64,000 bases of DNA from Giardia intestinalis (Eukaryota), in the NCBI GenBank assembly GCA_000002435.2, contig CM018789.1. One strand, written 5' to 3'. The notes under the pieces are model-generated. The model made no database searches. It was not told where the DNA came from and saw nothing but the letters and a program-made list of their open reading frames with translations. Shown here piece after piece: positions 43,501-53,410 of this stretch. Numbering within the stretch: the stretch's first letter is position 1; each line of letters starts with the position of its first letter. The translations under genes and the position numbers were made by a program.

Positions 43501-46127
43501 TGACTCTCTTCAAATCTGCAACAATCTTCCAATTGTCTATCATTCATGCGCGAAAATATCTTGAATGCAACAAAGTTATTACACTCAGCTTGGTGTGACC
43601 TAGCAAAAATAGTTGCACAACGTTTGCAGCAGCCTAGAAAGATACTACAATTGGGGCAATAGACTGCGGTTGACTCTATCTCGAAGGATGTTGTTGTTGA
43701 AATAGTGTGCATATAACTTGACACGATCTCCCTGACAGCTGGCAGATACCGGGAATGCTCACGCGAAAACTTGCAGTAAGTGATGAAAGATGACATCTGC
43801 GCACCTAGTTTATCTATCATTCTATCCTTTCGCTCCACCCCATCTCTGTATGATGGAGGCTCCGTTTTCGCAGAGGGTGTGGGCCAATCTTTAATAATTG
43901 TTGGATCTGGGGTGCAACTTGAGGGTTGAGAAGGTTTAGTACTTAGTGAGCGATTTCTCTCTTTTGTCATGGGTCTGAATTGAGGTTGCTTAACGTCTGC
44001 TGACATGGACCTACTCACAGGCTCGGAACTAAATCGGTTTGAAAGGATAGCTGATGAATGCAATATAGAGGGAGGTCTGTGCTTTATTCTCTCTCCAGAA
44101 GATTTTGGAAGTGAATAAGCAACTGCAGACCGAGTTCGAGACGCAAAAATGGCTTCTGTTCCAATAGAGTGCTGGTAGTAATGAGGCTGGACTTCGTCAT
44201 GCAAAAGGCCCTTGGCAGAGAGTGTCTTTCGATATTCTGCCAAGATATTCTGCAGGGACTCGGAGCCTTCTTCGGGGGCTTCATACTGTCTAAGCTGCAT
44301 CGCAATATTATCAACAGACGACGGAGAGACGTTAGAGATTTGCCTTCCGAAACTACTCTTGTCTCTGCAGCAAACATGGCAAAAATCGGGAAGATAAAGA
44401 AAACGTATGATTGCCTTGACCAACTCAATACGTTGGCAGATATCTAAATCCTCCCAACTGTTCACACGGAGGTGCAAGCCCAACAGTGTTGCGTTATATT
44501 TATTCATATCCTCTGCAGATACTATAGCATATTGTAGCTCTGAGTCATCTTCATAGGTAGTAGATAGAGGTGTGGATCTATTACTAGAGGTAGATGATCT
44601 TTCGATAGCCAACGTAGCCAATAGAGAATGGTGCTCTCGCCTAGGCCGTGGAATGCTAGCTGGAAGAGGACATGGGTTGACAGGTATAGATGATGAAGGC
44701 CCTGATATAGCTGGCTGGGCCGGTCTGCTTGAAAGTCTGACCGAGGCTGCACGGTTCTGGACTGAGGACTGGGGATCGAAAGGAATCTCAAAGGCATGAA
44801 CGGCACTGGCAAGTCCAGCTACCGATGTCACATGGCTGTTACTAAGTTGTTCATGACTAGAATTAAGACTACAACTGGTGGATTGACGTTTCAGTTGCTT
44901 TAAAGGCTGGCTGAAAGAACGTTGGAATGGTCCCGCTTGTGATAAATTCTCTACAAAGGGGGTCAATATATCGCTTACTGTATGCGTCAGTTGAACAAGT
45001 CCTTTGGTACCTAGGTCTAGATCATGATCTGCTTGCATAGAAGTGTTTGAAAGTGCTTGGACGTCTGAACAGATACTCTGCAGATTGAAGTAGGTCTGTG
45101 CAAAGGAGGGGCTTGTGGTTAGGTTGTCAAAATGAGGCGCTAATTCAGCTTCAGCGTTCTGGCCTCGAAATAACCGTTTTCGGAATTGGCATACCAAGGT
45201 CTCGGGTGGAGCAGAGGTTATGGGCCCAGTCTCGGCTCCAACGTGGAGAGCAAAGCATACCGACTTTGTGGACTGCTTACTTCTTTCTCGATCCTCTACC
45301 TCCTTTAAATATTGGTAGGCAGGATCCATGGAATAGAGGTAGCGTCGCTGTATAGGGGATACAGAGAGATGCTCTTCCTCAATGCAGGTCCGGACATCGT
45401 CTGACGTTTCCAGTATTCGGGGAATACATAGGTCAGCATTAGCATACCTCATACAGCTATCTTCGCATGTGTCTAGATCATTGTAAGCTTCCTCTCGTGC
45501 CGCCTGCATACACTGCGCTACAAGTGCTTCATTCCTCTTGATAGCTCTTTTCTGCATAGCTGTTAGCCTCAGACGTATCGACTTATAGGCATAAGTAACT
45601 GCTTTCAGGGCAGATATAGCCTGATGCTCCTTATAGGATCTAATAAGCTGCACCCCATCGTAGACAATTAAGTCTTCAATGTCTAGTTGGTGGGCTTGCC
45701 CTAGAACCATCCGTGGGGGTATCAAGAGGTATATTGTCTTGAAACAGATCGCTGTCTTTTCAAAAAGCCCATAGTACTCGTCTCCGCTAGTACTGCGAGC
45801 ATTGAGATCCTTTGGATTTATCTCAGAAAAGAGCATGACGAGGATTGTCGGCATAGACATGTCGTTGAAATCACTGATTTTCTCCAGAGTATATTGAATA
45901 CTTGCCACAGCCTTTCCGATGTGCTCCTCATTATGAGTACTATCAGGTGGTTTCACAACTAGGTAACGTGGCAAGGGATCAAAGGTAAGAAACGGAGACA
46001 CCGCGTCGACAAAGTGGTACAGCAAAGCAGTTTCTTGGCGCGTGTACAGCAGATCCATATATATCGCGCTTCTTGTGACAGAAATCTGGAGATACTTTCC
46101 CCAACGGACATCATTTATGGACAGCAT
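37599..46127 (-). CDS. Giant hypothetical protein (2842 aa)
   Basis: Single uninterrupted 8.5-kb ORF with an ATG at 46127; Ser-rich with many predicted low-complexity segments interspersed with complex regions; no recognisable enzymatic motifs. Confidence 0.6.
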   Translation of the reverse strand: MLSINDVRWGKYLQISVTRSAIYMDLLYTRQETALLYHFVDAVSPFLTFDPLPRYLVVKPPDSTHNEEHIGKAVASIQYTLEKISDFNDMSMPTILVMLFSEINPKDLNARSTSGDEYYGLFEKTAICFKTIYLLIPPRMVLGQAHQLDIEDLIVYDGVQLIRSYKEHQAISALKAVTYAYKSIRLRLTAMQKRAIKRNEALVAQCMQAAREEAYNDLDTCEDSCMRYANADLCIPRILETSDDVRTCIEEEHLSVSPIQRRYLYSMDPAYQYLKEVEDRERSKQSTKSVCFALHVGAETGPITSAPPETLVCQFRKRLFRGQNAEAELAPHFDNLTTSPSFAQTYFNLQSICSDVQALSNTSMQADHDLDLGTKGLVQLTHTVSDILTPFVENLSQAGPFQRSFSQPLKQLKRQSTSCSLNSSHEQLSNSHVTSVAGLASAVHAFEIPFDPQSSVQNRAASVRLSSRPAQPAISGPSSSIPVNPCPLPASIPRPRREHHSLLATLAIERSSTSSNRSTPLSTTYEDDSELQYAIVSAEDMNKYNATLLGLHLRVNSWEDLDICQRIELVKAIIRFLYLPDFCHVCCRDKSSFGRQISNVSPSSVDNIAMQLRQYEAPEEGSESLQNILAEYRKTLSAKGLLHDEVQPHYYQHSIGTEAIFASRTRSAVAYSLPKSSGERIKHRPPSILHSSAILSNRFSSEPVSRSMSADVKQPQFRPMTKERNRSLSTKPSQPSSCTPDPTIIKDWPTPSAKTEPPSYRDGVERKDRMIDKLGAQMSSFITYCKFSREHSRYLPAVREIVSSYMHTISTTTSFEIESTAVYCPNCSIFLGCCKRCATIFARSHQAECNNFVAFKIFSRMNDRQLEDCCRFEESQSVQKVVKIESSEANRLRKILADFDIIASRDMDTLQNYIDEKPKVMEGESDIIKEYREQQLGTLSYTDNQIHLLQQQGDLMLNKVHGIIKQKNEKYRSIKHAADLPHIPEDMTEELTKALTNNDTNALRKVLRSLLEQRRVCSDSLISDIKDINLQDKGQEHNLTTFFTSLIDLLRAQYQNNLDELHVQQDHAIHDRFLAVTADLRLCSLLEVLKQDILGCTARLSQKRFNPMLTDVTVFSSGRQSKPSSISTTDTSYTDMYSAMRDLAAGLLAKEKMDTRKRKPVELQRNPSYELDTIANVCTDFIESVSTYGHQNQESVTGSFEETNPIDNKSCSSFTSLLRGKADYESGASDGKITRMLPSPRTNTRKNTPRHLMEESQGSLLESSINKSLCEVITESLATALTIDPYRQYLIKQLPKHLHQDLIDARSYLGFRRPNSTVISFPPEVYMALEKQKGMVVILGSGTQNVISEGISSPRLIGSALSHTHTTEVESEEEVTLGYAELTYNSIYMIQPDLLLAIDELQHILDQSEFFYNDIADIIAQHSAQLRVQHKIAQLKSAIKKDLYALARASRQSRHGSEAIKITNQEVEYEYIKRYGHDMRKFVFSFSKSHSELLYVDHIEAIKAIMDSLLPLYQYTQLYLSRIQSSVQRLKKVVKDKKTLLKKTSLNLGKVSSTHRALSELTIAVEMKLRQKQLLFEKALSASPSPTRALRRPMQLRDTEMSTPRFSVQDIYSASVSSIASCATSGRSQSSTTLKNTDSSLQQHAEGSMNVIYSQGLAPKGLKGSVFTRFPTDERKVDAASNMKYYNSGLPTLVTPGILQQSTLPKESPDISHRSISLNNSQVSHTGLLMEASKDKDTRSDGDDSHSTTVRMIARRMRRGGRKVVLVPKKSRKMHGSEECSDYEFNPDDMLGISSITVPSDKLQQEAGTVGELVDMSDCFCKSRKRRALPPLSQRPSSKERSSKELFSTNEVMELYRLEDYRSNAMSEPEVSKPKKARLKAVRNIANAGGHRLHKDRQVQQMLSSLENLWKKENIPSSQKHDLFSSSSDTELDTLTVVVNIEKELDYMQQINPPISKSYESSIAQPYAIEDFSETTMQIQRDLHVLSPDPSVDLPRKPRTNIPPRSQSPYKAYRYRQDKLSMPNMPSPVNVETSYIADTNPYFFENVCNDTKEAENPSVLASIGSLLFSQREISRKCDSKTSPSELTSDPPLLLNPLREQLNNLVKVELPRADQMVDTSTKPCTADSKVSQQPFRGSPKRNLPPDHGVGEAEIDFKALNLSGIHKRLNPDNKKTLQPVFPAQLCTASIASSPIPEYAQDAAFQSSIQRLNNAQVHNTSQLRRLLYHQKDSREGTKYQYNESTLEKNNVLERYRQFRQMYGCNESKQHTLSMQVRSSPLTQTEHANNSPLRESLKLLEKLPRHSRILASSSHAVDERPGNVLTSSSSSESLRMATESTAESSATLIGVNLCMKEHSAVATTGVQSVVEAQHFDKGLQKIDASQRSSLQILDLSSDSSTITDTPAYQFLPDYSLLQSEDLNESDSESQSSLSVKGNILHRLSSERKISPLRNVMHAPNSLSGPQSTAGVTTIGLLPPPPPRVPPPSTSSRRVHLINLPGPPAGVLPVHRSSSDPILTNETVPKHAEVPPSSAPSEILVNTDDGDRLTTEPVESLPITSSLYVANSVVPQEEIDRSDRYIESYNRLRLLGRTSLEKPDKQVEHPAPHLVLQAHTQRNLLLAEARKMEPLASITIYDIFSSVYTFDLSDIQPNSTLSQSDQIYGLAQKELEGANMMLDLFVELLNDIYMTEKPIEAFQQLIRARADLSKYKIRGMRMITRVMKIQALEVPQYSNGDFATFIRKLNLFRGNGYPFIFNNYAIMWCNFITKYVAICKHLDFLIANCLYKDINIIDTRPSEPHINFSTVYENPDLPFSIPRFNFRCLSPAERRLYLGLYSTNLLSKGSG

Positions 46128-46375
46128 CCAGTTTTTTGAAGGTACTCAAGTCTCTGTTATCACATGCACAGAATGATCTTAGCCATCTCAATAGCGTAAG
46201 GCACCATTGTCTCATCGCAAATGGCAAGGAGGCCACAGGGGATTCACTCGAGTTTCGTCAATTGGATTCAAAAAAATAAAGCTCAATTCAAAGATTTTGA
46301 CTAAACTAGCAATGTGCAGAAATTTACCCATAATAATCATCTATCCTTGTAGGATCCTTGTAGGGACTATAGACA

Positions 46376-47344
46376 ATGATAGCATATTACAATGCAACTC
46401 TCATAGGGTTCCTGCTCCTGAGCCTACTTCATGCTTCGCTTACTAACTTTTGGGCCGCAAAGCTGTCTGAAGTTACAGTAAGAAACCCTCTATCAGTTTT
46501 TAAAATAAAGATTGAATCCGAATTAAAAAAATTGTATATGAATCATCCGGGCGTAAAGCTCGCCATTGCAAGGTACTCACGCACAGCGATTAACAAGAAT
46601 GCTAGCGAAACGCAGAAGCCTCTTCTCATCACCAGCATTCACATAGATTCTGGAGGCTTGACATCTTTGCCTCGGCTTTCGTTTTTCCCGGCTGCTACAA
46701 AGCTCCAGGCAAGCCATAATAAGATTACAGAGATTTTGGACAACTGGAACGACAAAATTGAAGACGTGGACCTGTCTGATAACCAGCTAACAAGCTTTCC
46801 AGAGATAGGAGGGGTCATGCTAATGTCCTTGAATCTGAGCGAAAATGCCCTTCGAAACATAACAATTCCAAGGCAACTTCCGCACCTTATGGAACTGAAC
46901 CTTTCAATTCAGTGCGAGAAGCAGGCCGCGCCTACTGACTCTGGGGGCTTCTGCAGCGTGTTTTCGGACAGCTTCTCCCAGTCTCTCTTCGACAACTGCC
47001 CGCAGCTTCAGTCAATAAATATATCTATGACAGGAATTACTAGCCTCTCGTGTCTAGAGAGGTGCGACAGTCTGAGGCAGATAATCTGTCTGAAAAACCC
47101 CATAGAGAACTTGCAGGATGTATTGCCGTTTCTCCATGACCGGCTCATATACCTCGACTTGTCTGACTGCCCAGTTGCCAAAGATAGACGACTATTCGAG
47201 GCTGTCTGCGCCAAGTGTCCCGATCTTTCATTCTTTAACAGCAAAAGATATACCGAGCAGCAAGTAAGGTTCACAGGGAGCAAGTACCTTCGTGAGCAGA
47301 AACGGAGAGACATTTCTAGCAAGGATCAAGCCAGGAAGAGTTAA
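46376..47344 (+). CDS. Leucine-rich-repeat protein with hydrophobic N-terminus
   Basis: ATG at 46376; hydrophobic N-terminus (IGFLLLSLLHASL), then LRRs (LQASHNKITEILDNW, VDLSDNQLTSFPEIGG, LNLSENALRNITIP, LNLS..., INISMTGITSLSCLERC, LDLSDCPVA). Confidence 0.55.
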   Translation: MIAYYNATLIGFLLLSLLHASLTNFWAAKLSEVTVRNPLSVFKIKIESELKKLYMNHPGVKLAIARYSRTAINKNASETQKPLLITSIHIDSGGLTSLPRLSFFPAATKLQASHNKITEILDNWNDKIEDVDLSDNQLTSFPEIGGVMLMSLNLSENALRNITIPRQLPHLMELNLSIQCEKQAAPTDSGGFCSVFSDSFSQSLFDNCPQLQSINISMTGITSLSCLERCDSLRQIICLKNPIENLQDVLPFLHDRLIYLDLSDCPVAKDRRLFEAVCAKCPDLSFFNSKRYTEQQVRFTGSKYLREQKRRDISSKDQARKS

Positions 47345-47494
47345 ATTGACTGATTAGTTGCGCCGCAGAAGTGCAGCAGCTCTGTTTATGGGCATAATAC
47401 TTATCGTCATTGCCGTAATTAGGCCTTGAAACGTCAACACATCAAAAGTTCAACATCAAAAGGTTTAGTAAGTTAGTAAATGTAAATTAGGCTT

Positions 47495-49687
47495 ATGGAT
47501 CCCTTGGCTACACAGCAGCGTATAGTCTCTGAACCCACACGAGGGTCGGAAAGGCCAGGTAATGACATAAAGTCTCTCGTAATCTCATTTTTCACTACGT
47601 TCACCAGAGCAGATGATGTCCAGCCATACATTCGCTCCATCAAGAATATCTTGGAAACTCATGACTCCCTTGTCATCGATATCGGAGATATCCGAGGCCA
47701 TTCTCCTCAACTGTATGATAGACTCGTTGTACAACCCGCGCACGTGCTTCAAGTGATTACCCAGGTTGTTGAATCCATGCTAGCTGAAGAGTCCTCCGGC
47801 TCTACACCTTACCTCAAGCCAAATATAATACTGCAGTATACTTCACTGGACGGGTCCCTACGTCCCTCTGAACTACGGGCAAAGCATATCAACCGTTTAG
47901 TTTCTGTTCGAGCGATTGTCTCTGGAACCTCCCGGCTCCGCTCTAAAACACAGCTGCTTGTTGCCAAGTGCCGCGGTTGTGGCCACAAGTATCGCCAAGC
48001 TCTTGTTAGTGGACTGGATGCAATCGTTCTTCCCACTACCTGCCTGAGTGAAAAAGCACAAGGTGACTCTTCCAAATGTGGAAAGTCACCATACGTTATT
48101 AACCCGCATAGTTGCGTGTATATCGATCAACAAAGCATCAAACTCCAAGATATACCCGGAGACATGCCATTCTATAGGCCGACAGGAGGTGACGATATCG
48201 AGGGACTTGGGGGTCTCGAGGGAGGTGCACAAGCAGGTACAGCTGAGGATGGGGGCTCTACTGTCTTACCAGCTGTTTTAGAGGGTCATGTGGTAAAGCC
48301 GGATCTTCTGGCCGGATGCAAGCTTATTGTGACGGGTACCTTGGTTGCTAAGCCAGGAACAAAGATAGTGTACTTGCTAGGACATGGCATACACGTCGTA
48401 GACTCAGCAGATGAGTTCGATCATATTCAGACAGTGCAGAACTTCTACTCTGCGGAAGATATACCAAAGTTTCACGCATTTAAAAACCAACCAAATGTGA
48501 TTTCAGTCATAGAGTCACTGATTGCTCCTCAAATTGAAGGTATGGAGGATGCCAAACGAGCTATTGCATGTCTTCTTTTTGGGGGAACTAATAAGTATAC
48601 GCAAGAGCTAATACGACTTAGAGGCAACATAAACGTTCTCCTAATATCGGACCCAGGGTTGGGGAAGAGTGAGCTGCTTTTGGAGGCGTCTCGCCTGGCT
48701 CCAATTGGCATCTATACAAGTGGCAAATCAACCTCTGCAGTAGGGTTAACCGCCGGCGTTATGCGCGATAAGGCCACAAGCGAGTTTTTTCTAGAAGGGG
48801 GTGCGCTTGTCCTTGCAGATAAAGGGATTGTTTGCATAGACGAGTTAGACAAAATGAACGAGACAGATAGAGTGGCACTCCATGAAGCGATGGAACAAGG
48901 ATCCATTTCAATTAGCAAGGCAGGAATCTCCACCACGCTTAATGCACGGACATCCATACTTGCTGCAGCTAATCCGACCCTCGGTCGTTTTGATGACTTT
49001 CAGAAAGCAGCTGACCAGATAGACTTCTCCGTGACCATCTTAACCAGGTTTGATCTTGTGTTCATGCTGAAGGACAAACAGAGCCCAGAAAGAGACGCAA
49101 TGATTGTCAACAAAATAGCTAGGATTGCAGCGGGAGAAAGACCCGCCTCTGTGGCTTCACACCAGGAGCAGAACCCAATGTTTACCCAGTCATTCCTTAA
49201 AAAGTATATAGCCTATGCGCAAGCAACCTGTACGCCCAAGTTAGATCAGAGCTCTCTAGAAATCTTGAAGGCTGCCTACATAAGGTATAGAGCAGATGCT
49301 CTTAAGAACAGCTCTGCTATTCCCATCACTGTGAGACAGCTAGAGGCACTTATACGCCTCTCTGAGTCGTTTGCAAAAATGCGTCTTTCCCCAGTTGTGA
49401 CAGTGGAGGATGTAGAATACGCAATCGACATCTTCCAGAAGAGTACCGCAGACGCACTTCAGGCAGGGATATCTGACCCCTCGTTAACTAACTCTACCAT
49501 AATTGCACAGGTGGAGCAAACACTCTTAAGAATGATACCCCATGGTGCCATACTTTCCAAAAGCGCTGTTCTACGGGACTCGGCACGCTTGGGTCTATCG
49601 GAGGCTGTAGTTGTCTACGTCATCACCAAATTAATCAACTCCAACGTCCTGGAGGTAATTCGAGGCACCATGTTGAAGAGAAAATAA
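47495..49687 (+). CDS. MCM2-7 family replicative helicase subunit
   Basis: Zinc-finger CRGCGHKY...C...KCGKSP, Walker A ISDPGLGKSELL, Walker B/sensor CIDELDKMNETDRVALHEAMEQGSISISKAGISTTLNARTSILAAANP, and arginine finger TILTRFDLVFMLKD. An AGTGAAC motif follows the stop (49693..49699). The paralogue was not assigned. Confidence 0.85.
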   Translation: MDPLATQQRIVSEPTRGSERPGNDIKSLVISFFTTFTRADDVQPYIRSIKNILETHDSLVIDIGDIRGHSPQLYDRLVVQPAHVLQVITQVVESMLAEESSGSTPYLKPNIILQYTSLDGSLRPSELRAKHINRLVSVRAIVSGTSRLRSKTQLLVAKCRGCGHKYRQALVSGLDAIVLPTTCLSEKAQGDSSKCGKSPYVINPHSCVYIDQQSIKLQDIPGDMPFYRPTGGDDIEGLGGLEGGAQAGTAEDGGSTVLPAVLEGHVVKPDLLAGCKLIVTGTLVAKPGTKIVYLLGHGIHVVDSADEFDHIQTVQNFYSAEDIPKFHAFKNQPNVISVIESLIAPQIEGMEDAKRAIACLLFGGTNKYTQELIRLRGNINVLLISDPGLGKSELLLEASRLAPIGIYTSGKSTSAVGLTAGVMRDKATSEFFLEGGALVLADKGIVCIDELDKMNETDRVALHEAMEQGSISISKAGISTTLNARTSILAAANPTLGRFDDFQKAADQIDFSVTILTRFDLVFMLKDKQSPERDAMIVNKIARIAAGERPASVASHQEQNPMFTQSFLKKYIAYAQATCTPKLDQSSLEILKAAYIRYRADALKNSSAIPITVRQLEALIRLSESFAKMRLSPVVTVEDVEYAIDIFQKSTADALQAGISDPSLTNSTIIAQVEQTLLRMIPHGAILSKSAVLRDSARLGLSEAVVVYVITKLINSNVLEVIRGTMLKRK

Positions 49688-49711
49688 AAGCGAGTGAACA
49701 AATTTAAAAAA

Positions 49712-52700
49712 ATGAGTTCCAACGGTGGCAGCGAGGCTGCGGTGGATCAGACTACGGCCCCCATAGATCCGCATGTGGTCGCAGAGGAGTCCCTGAAGCT
49801 GGCATGTGATAGACTAGAGAAAGCTGTTTCAACCAAGCGAGAGCAGGCGGTTGCTGCTGCTGTAGACAACCTGTACAACCTGTTCAACGATTCCAATTCG
49901 CCAACGACTGGGGTTCCAATTGTCCTCCGATACATAGAACCATACATCAATTCACTGATTGACTACTATGAAGCATCCAGAAATAAGAAACTGGGATCAA
50001 TTGCTCTGAAGCTCCTGCTGATTTATCGAGTGGACTCTCCCGATTTCCTTCAGCTCTTTGGGTGCATTTATTATGAAACCCACGCCACTGCATTGGAACT
50101 TTGGTCAGTGGAATTCTTATGCGGTGCTGCCAACTATTTTGCACAATTTTATGGTAACTACATTTATCTTAGGAAGGAGAAAGGCGAGGCATTGATCTCT
50201 GATTTATGTAACTGCATCAACAATTTCCATATTAACTGTCAGACAGCTTATGAAATCTTGCTCTCGGATGTAGAGCGGCTTACACAGAAGAACATGGAGT
50301 CTGAAGCAATAGATTGTCTTATTGAGGCCAGGCTTTGTACCAATGTTAAGGCTCTTACGACGATTATTAACAAGGGCAACATACATGGCCTGGCGGAATA
50401 CCTCTATCAATGTGCTGTTTACGGAGATCCTGCGCAACGTAACCAAATCATCCTGGCGCTGGTGCAAGTTTATCTATCTCTTGATATGGTCTGTGATGCT
50501 TTTGTGCTCCTGCTCTCTCTCTGCTTCTTCTCCTATGCCAAAAGCATCCTATATAAAACAACCCTAATTAACCGATTGCTTCAAATGGCCTACCTTATTG
50601 CTTGTAACGGCTGCTGCTGTCATTTTTCCCGCAACGATTTTCGAAAAGCTTTGGCATCCAGTTCTTCTTTTGCAGAGGATACAGATAGCTTGGAAAAGCA
50701 AACAGATGAGCTCTGGCTGGTTGCTTGCAATGCATACACACATACACACCTCCTCTCACTTGTCAGTGAACTGGAACTAAATGTGCCACGTAGTGTTGCA
50801 GAGATCCTTAAGGCTGACCAGCTCTCATTCAAGGCAAAGCATCTCGATAGGCTATATGGCCCCTTAGGAGACTATCTAATGAACGGGTTTGCTAATGCGG
50901 CAATGGGGACCGACAAGCTATTAGCCTCTCACAAAATTTACCGTTACAAACAACGTGATGTTAAAGGAAAACCCATAACAACTAACGAAGACATTGTCGT
51001 GCCCGCTCCCACCGAGCTCGACCTTCCTTTACACTCTGACAGGGAAGACGCAAACGCGGAAGGTACTGGCTCCAACGGTTTAACGTCGGAAGGCAGCACA
51101 CTCTTGGAACACTCAGTATCCCCCATCACTTCCATTATCCAGACCGTTGGAGCAGCCTCAGTGGGGCTTATATACTTGTATCACGGGAATGGTCACGGAC
51201 AGGCATTTAACGTTATAAGTAGATACTTCTCGTCTCCTCATCACTGGGTACGTGCTGGTGCTGTCTTGGCTTTGGGGCTCTCTGCTGCCAACACACAAGA
51301 CCCCACGGGACTGGATCCTGCTCTCCGCATGATGGGTGGCGTGTTTAATCTATTTCATGTCAATCCTGCTGAATCATTCAGCTTCCATGAATATTTTCCT
51401 TACAGCTGTAATATTATCAGAAAGCAGCTTTCGGAACTTCAATCGGGCTCACGCCCAAGCCAATCATCAAGAGGTATAAACAGCAACCCTCAGACTATTT
51501 CAGAAGAAGGCCGTGAGGAGGAGTCTGTTTTTGCCAATGTCCAATATATGGTATCCCAAAGGGTCTCAGCCTCCCACTCTAGAGAGAGCGACACTCGAAC
51601 AAGGCAGCAGTACATGGAAGACTTAAAGCGTATCATAAACAATCCACACATAGAGAAAGCGTATAGCATTATTCCTCATACCAATTTCCCGTCACCTGCT
51701 ATTAGTATCGATATAAAGGACGAGCATGAGTACCTGTACATGTCTCAGGCCAGTGCTGCACTTGGAATAGGTGTAGCATACGCGGGAACTAGCAATAAGC
51801 TGGCAATAGAGATACTATATCAACGCCTCTCTTTGTCCTCGACCAACGTATGTAAGCATGTGCCTATACTTGAGAAGAATCCTCGATCCACAGGCTGCCT
51901 GGCTCTTGGGCTTGTACTAGCAAGTACAGCAAATATGGATGCTGCAAACTTTATACTGCGGGTTATGGCAGGAAACACTAGGAATCAGCGATCCTTACGG
52001 TTTTTCCCGCTGAAGCCAGTTGGGTTGGGATGCATCTTTATGCGTGCAGGGCGCACAGAGGAAGGTCAGCGAAGAATGAAAGACTTCTGTGATAACATGT
52101 ATGACAAGCTACTCCAAATAGATACACCAGACAGTAAGCAAGAGCACGGCCCAATGCCCAGTCCAGAGGAGCACCTGTATCTGGCAGCATACGTTCAGTC
52201 CGTAATCACCGTCTGTGGATATGCCTTTACAGGAAATATATCTATCATTTCAGAAATAATGCAGAGCATTTATGAGACAATCTCCGGAAGAGTTGCAGCG
52301 GAGGAGACCATTAACTTGAACAAGCTTGGTTCAGCAACTAAGCCGGGGTCCCGCTCTAGCTCTAGACCTGTGGATTCTCCAGACGACACTTCCTCAAACA
52401 CGTCTAGATCACAGGGCAGAACTATTGCTCGTCTGCCTCGTTCAAGATCTGAAAGGAGTCAGAGTCGTTACAACGCAGACGATCAAACACGAGCAAACAA
52501 TATGGCGGCTTACACTGCAGATAGTGGTATGCCTCTGCAACTACCTCGTGATAACACTACTCTCTGGCCGGGCGAGAATTTGGATCCAGTTGGCATATTA
52601 GTCGCGGGCCTTGGGCTTGTTGCAGGTAATGACCCCGTTTGCTCAATGATGGTCACGCGCTTTATCAACAGGATTATGCAATATGGTAGTAGCTATGCCA

Positions 52701-53410
52701 AACGTGCATGTCCATTGGCCCTTGCCGTTATGAATCTGTCAAGACCGGCTCCAGAGCTCACAGACATGCTGTTTCGAATGGCCTCACAAAGTGACGAGAG
52801 CCTCAGTATTAACGCAATTATAGCTCTCGGGTTGATAGGTTGCGGATCGTGCAACTCAAGGATAGCACAGAGTCTGAGACAGCTGGCAGACTCAAAGTAT
52901 TTATCCATGCCTCACACAGACTATGGCAGAGAGTTGACGAATATGATAATATTAGCAATCAAGCTTTCCTTAGGACTAGTGCATTGTGGACGGGGTCTCA
53001 TGCATATCAGTGTGACCCATCATCATGGAAAAGCCATTAGCAACTCCAGGCTTTCGTGCATAGCAGCTTTAATTCTGCTTTTAGCATCTAATTCACGGGT
53101 GATGGTGAGACCGAAGTTTATTAACTACTTCTTTCTCATAGCAGGGGCTCTTCGTCCCAAGTACTTGGTTACAGTTGACGCTGCAAACAAGGAACAATCC
53201 AATCCTCTTAAAACGGGGTCCTACATAGACACAGTGAGCCTTCCCGAGCCATTCAGACTCACTGGCTATCAAACAAACACAACGCCAATAATCCTTAGCC
53301 ACGCGGAGCGTGCAGTCCAAAGTGATGAGAATATTGTTCCTATGCTTAGCATACTTGAAGATGTTGTTGTGACCACGCGTACCATTTCAGTAGATATGAC
53401 AATAGACTGA
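49712..53410 (+). CDS. 26S proteasome regulatory subunit RPN1 (PSMD2)-like
   Basis: PC/PSMD repeats (VRAGAVLALGLSAANTQDP, ALGIGVAYAGTSNK, CLALGLVLASTANMDAANFILR, IIALGLIGCGSCNSRIAQ). The C-terminus LTGYQTNTTPIILSHAERAVQSDENIVPMLSILEDVVV resembles PSMD2 [38 protein letters not shown]. First ATG at 49712 (the track start is GTG); an AGTGAAC motif follows the stop (53429..53435). Confidence 0.7.
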   Translation: MSSNGGSEAAVDQTTAPIDPHVVAEESLKLACDRLEKAVSTKREQAVAAAVDNLYNLFNDSNSPTTGVPIVLRYIEPYINSLIDYYEASRNKKLGSIALKLLLIYRVDSPDFLQLFGCIYYETHATALELWSVEFLCGAANYFAQFYGNYIYLRKEKGEALISDLCNCINNFHINCQTAYEILLSDVERLTQKNMESEAIDCLIEARLCTNVKALTTIINKGNIHGLAEYLYQCAVYGDPAQRNQIILALVQVYLSLDMVCDAFVLLLSLCFFSYAKSILYKTTLINRLLQMAYLIACNGCCCHFSRNDFRKALASSSSFAEDTDSLEKQTDELWLVACNAYTHTHLLSLVSELELNVPRSVAEILKADQLSFKAKHLDRLYGPLGDYLMNGFANAAMGTDKLLASHKIYRYKQRDVKGKPITTNEDIVVPAPTELDLPLHSDREDANAEGTGSNGLTSEGSTLLEHSVSPITSIIQTVGAASVGLIYLYHGNGHGQAFNVISRYFSSPHHWVRAGAVLALGLSAANTQDPTGLDPALRMMGGVFNLFHVNPAESFSFHEYFPYSCNIIRKQLSELQSGSRPSQSSRGINSNPQTISEEGREEESVFANVQYMVSQRVSASHSRESDTRTRQQYMEDLKRIINNPHIEKAYSIIPHTNFPSPAISIDIKDEHEYLYMSQASAALGIGVAYAGTSNKLAIEILYQRLSLSSTNVCKHVPILEKNPRSTGCLALGLVLASTANMDAANFILRVMAGNTRNQRSLRFFPLKPVGLGCIFMRAGRTEEGQRRMKDFCDNMYDKLLQIDTPDSKQEHGPMPSPEEHLYLAAYVQSVITVCGYAFTGNISIISEIMQSIYETISGRVAAEETINLNKLGSATKPGSRSSSRPVDSPDDTSSNTSRSQGRTIARLPRSRSERSQSRYNADDQTRANNMAAYTADSGMPLQLPRDNTTLWPGENLDPVGILVAGLGLVAGNDPVCSMMVTRFINRIMQYGSSYAKRACPLALAVMNLSRPAPELTDMLFRMASQSDESLSINAIIALGLIGCGSCNSRIAQSLRQLADSKYLSMPHTDYGRELTNMIILAIKLSLGLVHCGRGLMHISVTHHHGKAISNSRLSCIAALILLLASNSRVMVRPKFINYFFLIAGALRPKYLVTVDAANKEQSNPLKTGSYIDTVSLPEPFRLTGYQTNTTPIILSHAERAVQSDENIVPMLSILEDVVVTTRTISVDMTID

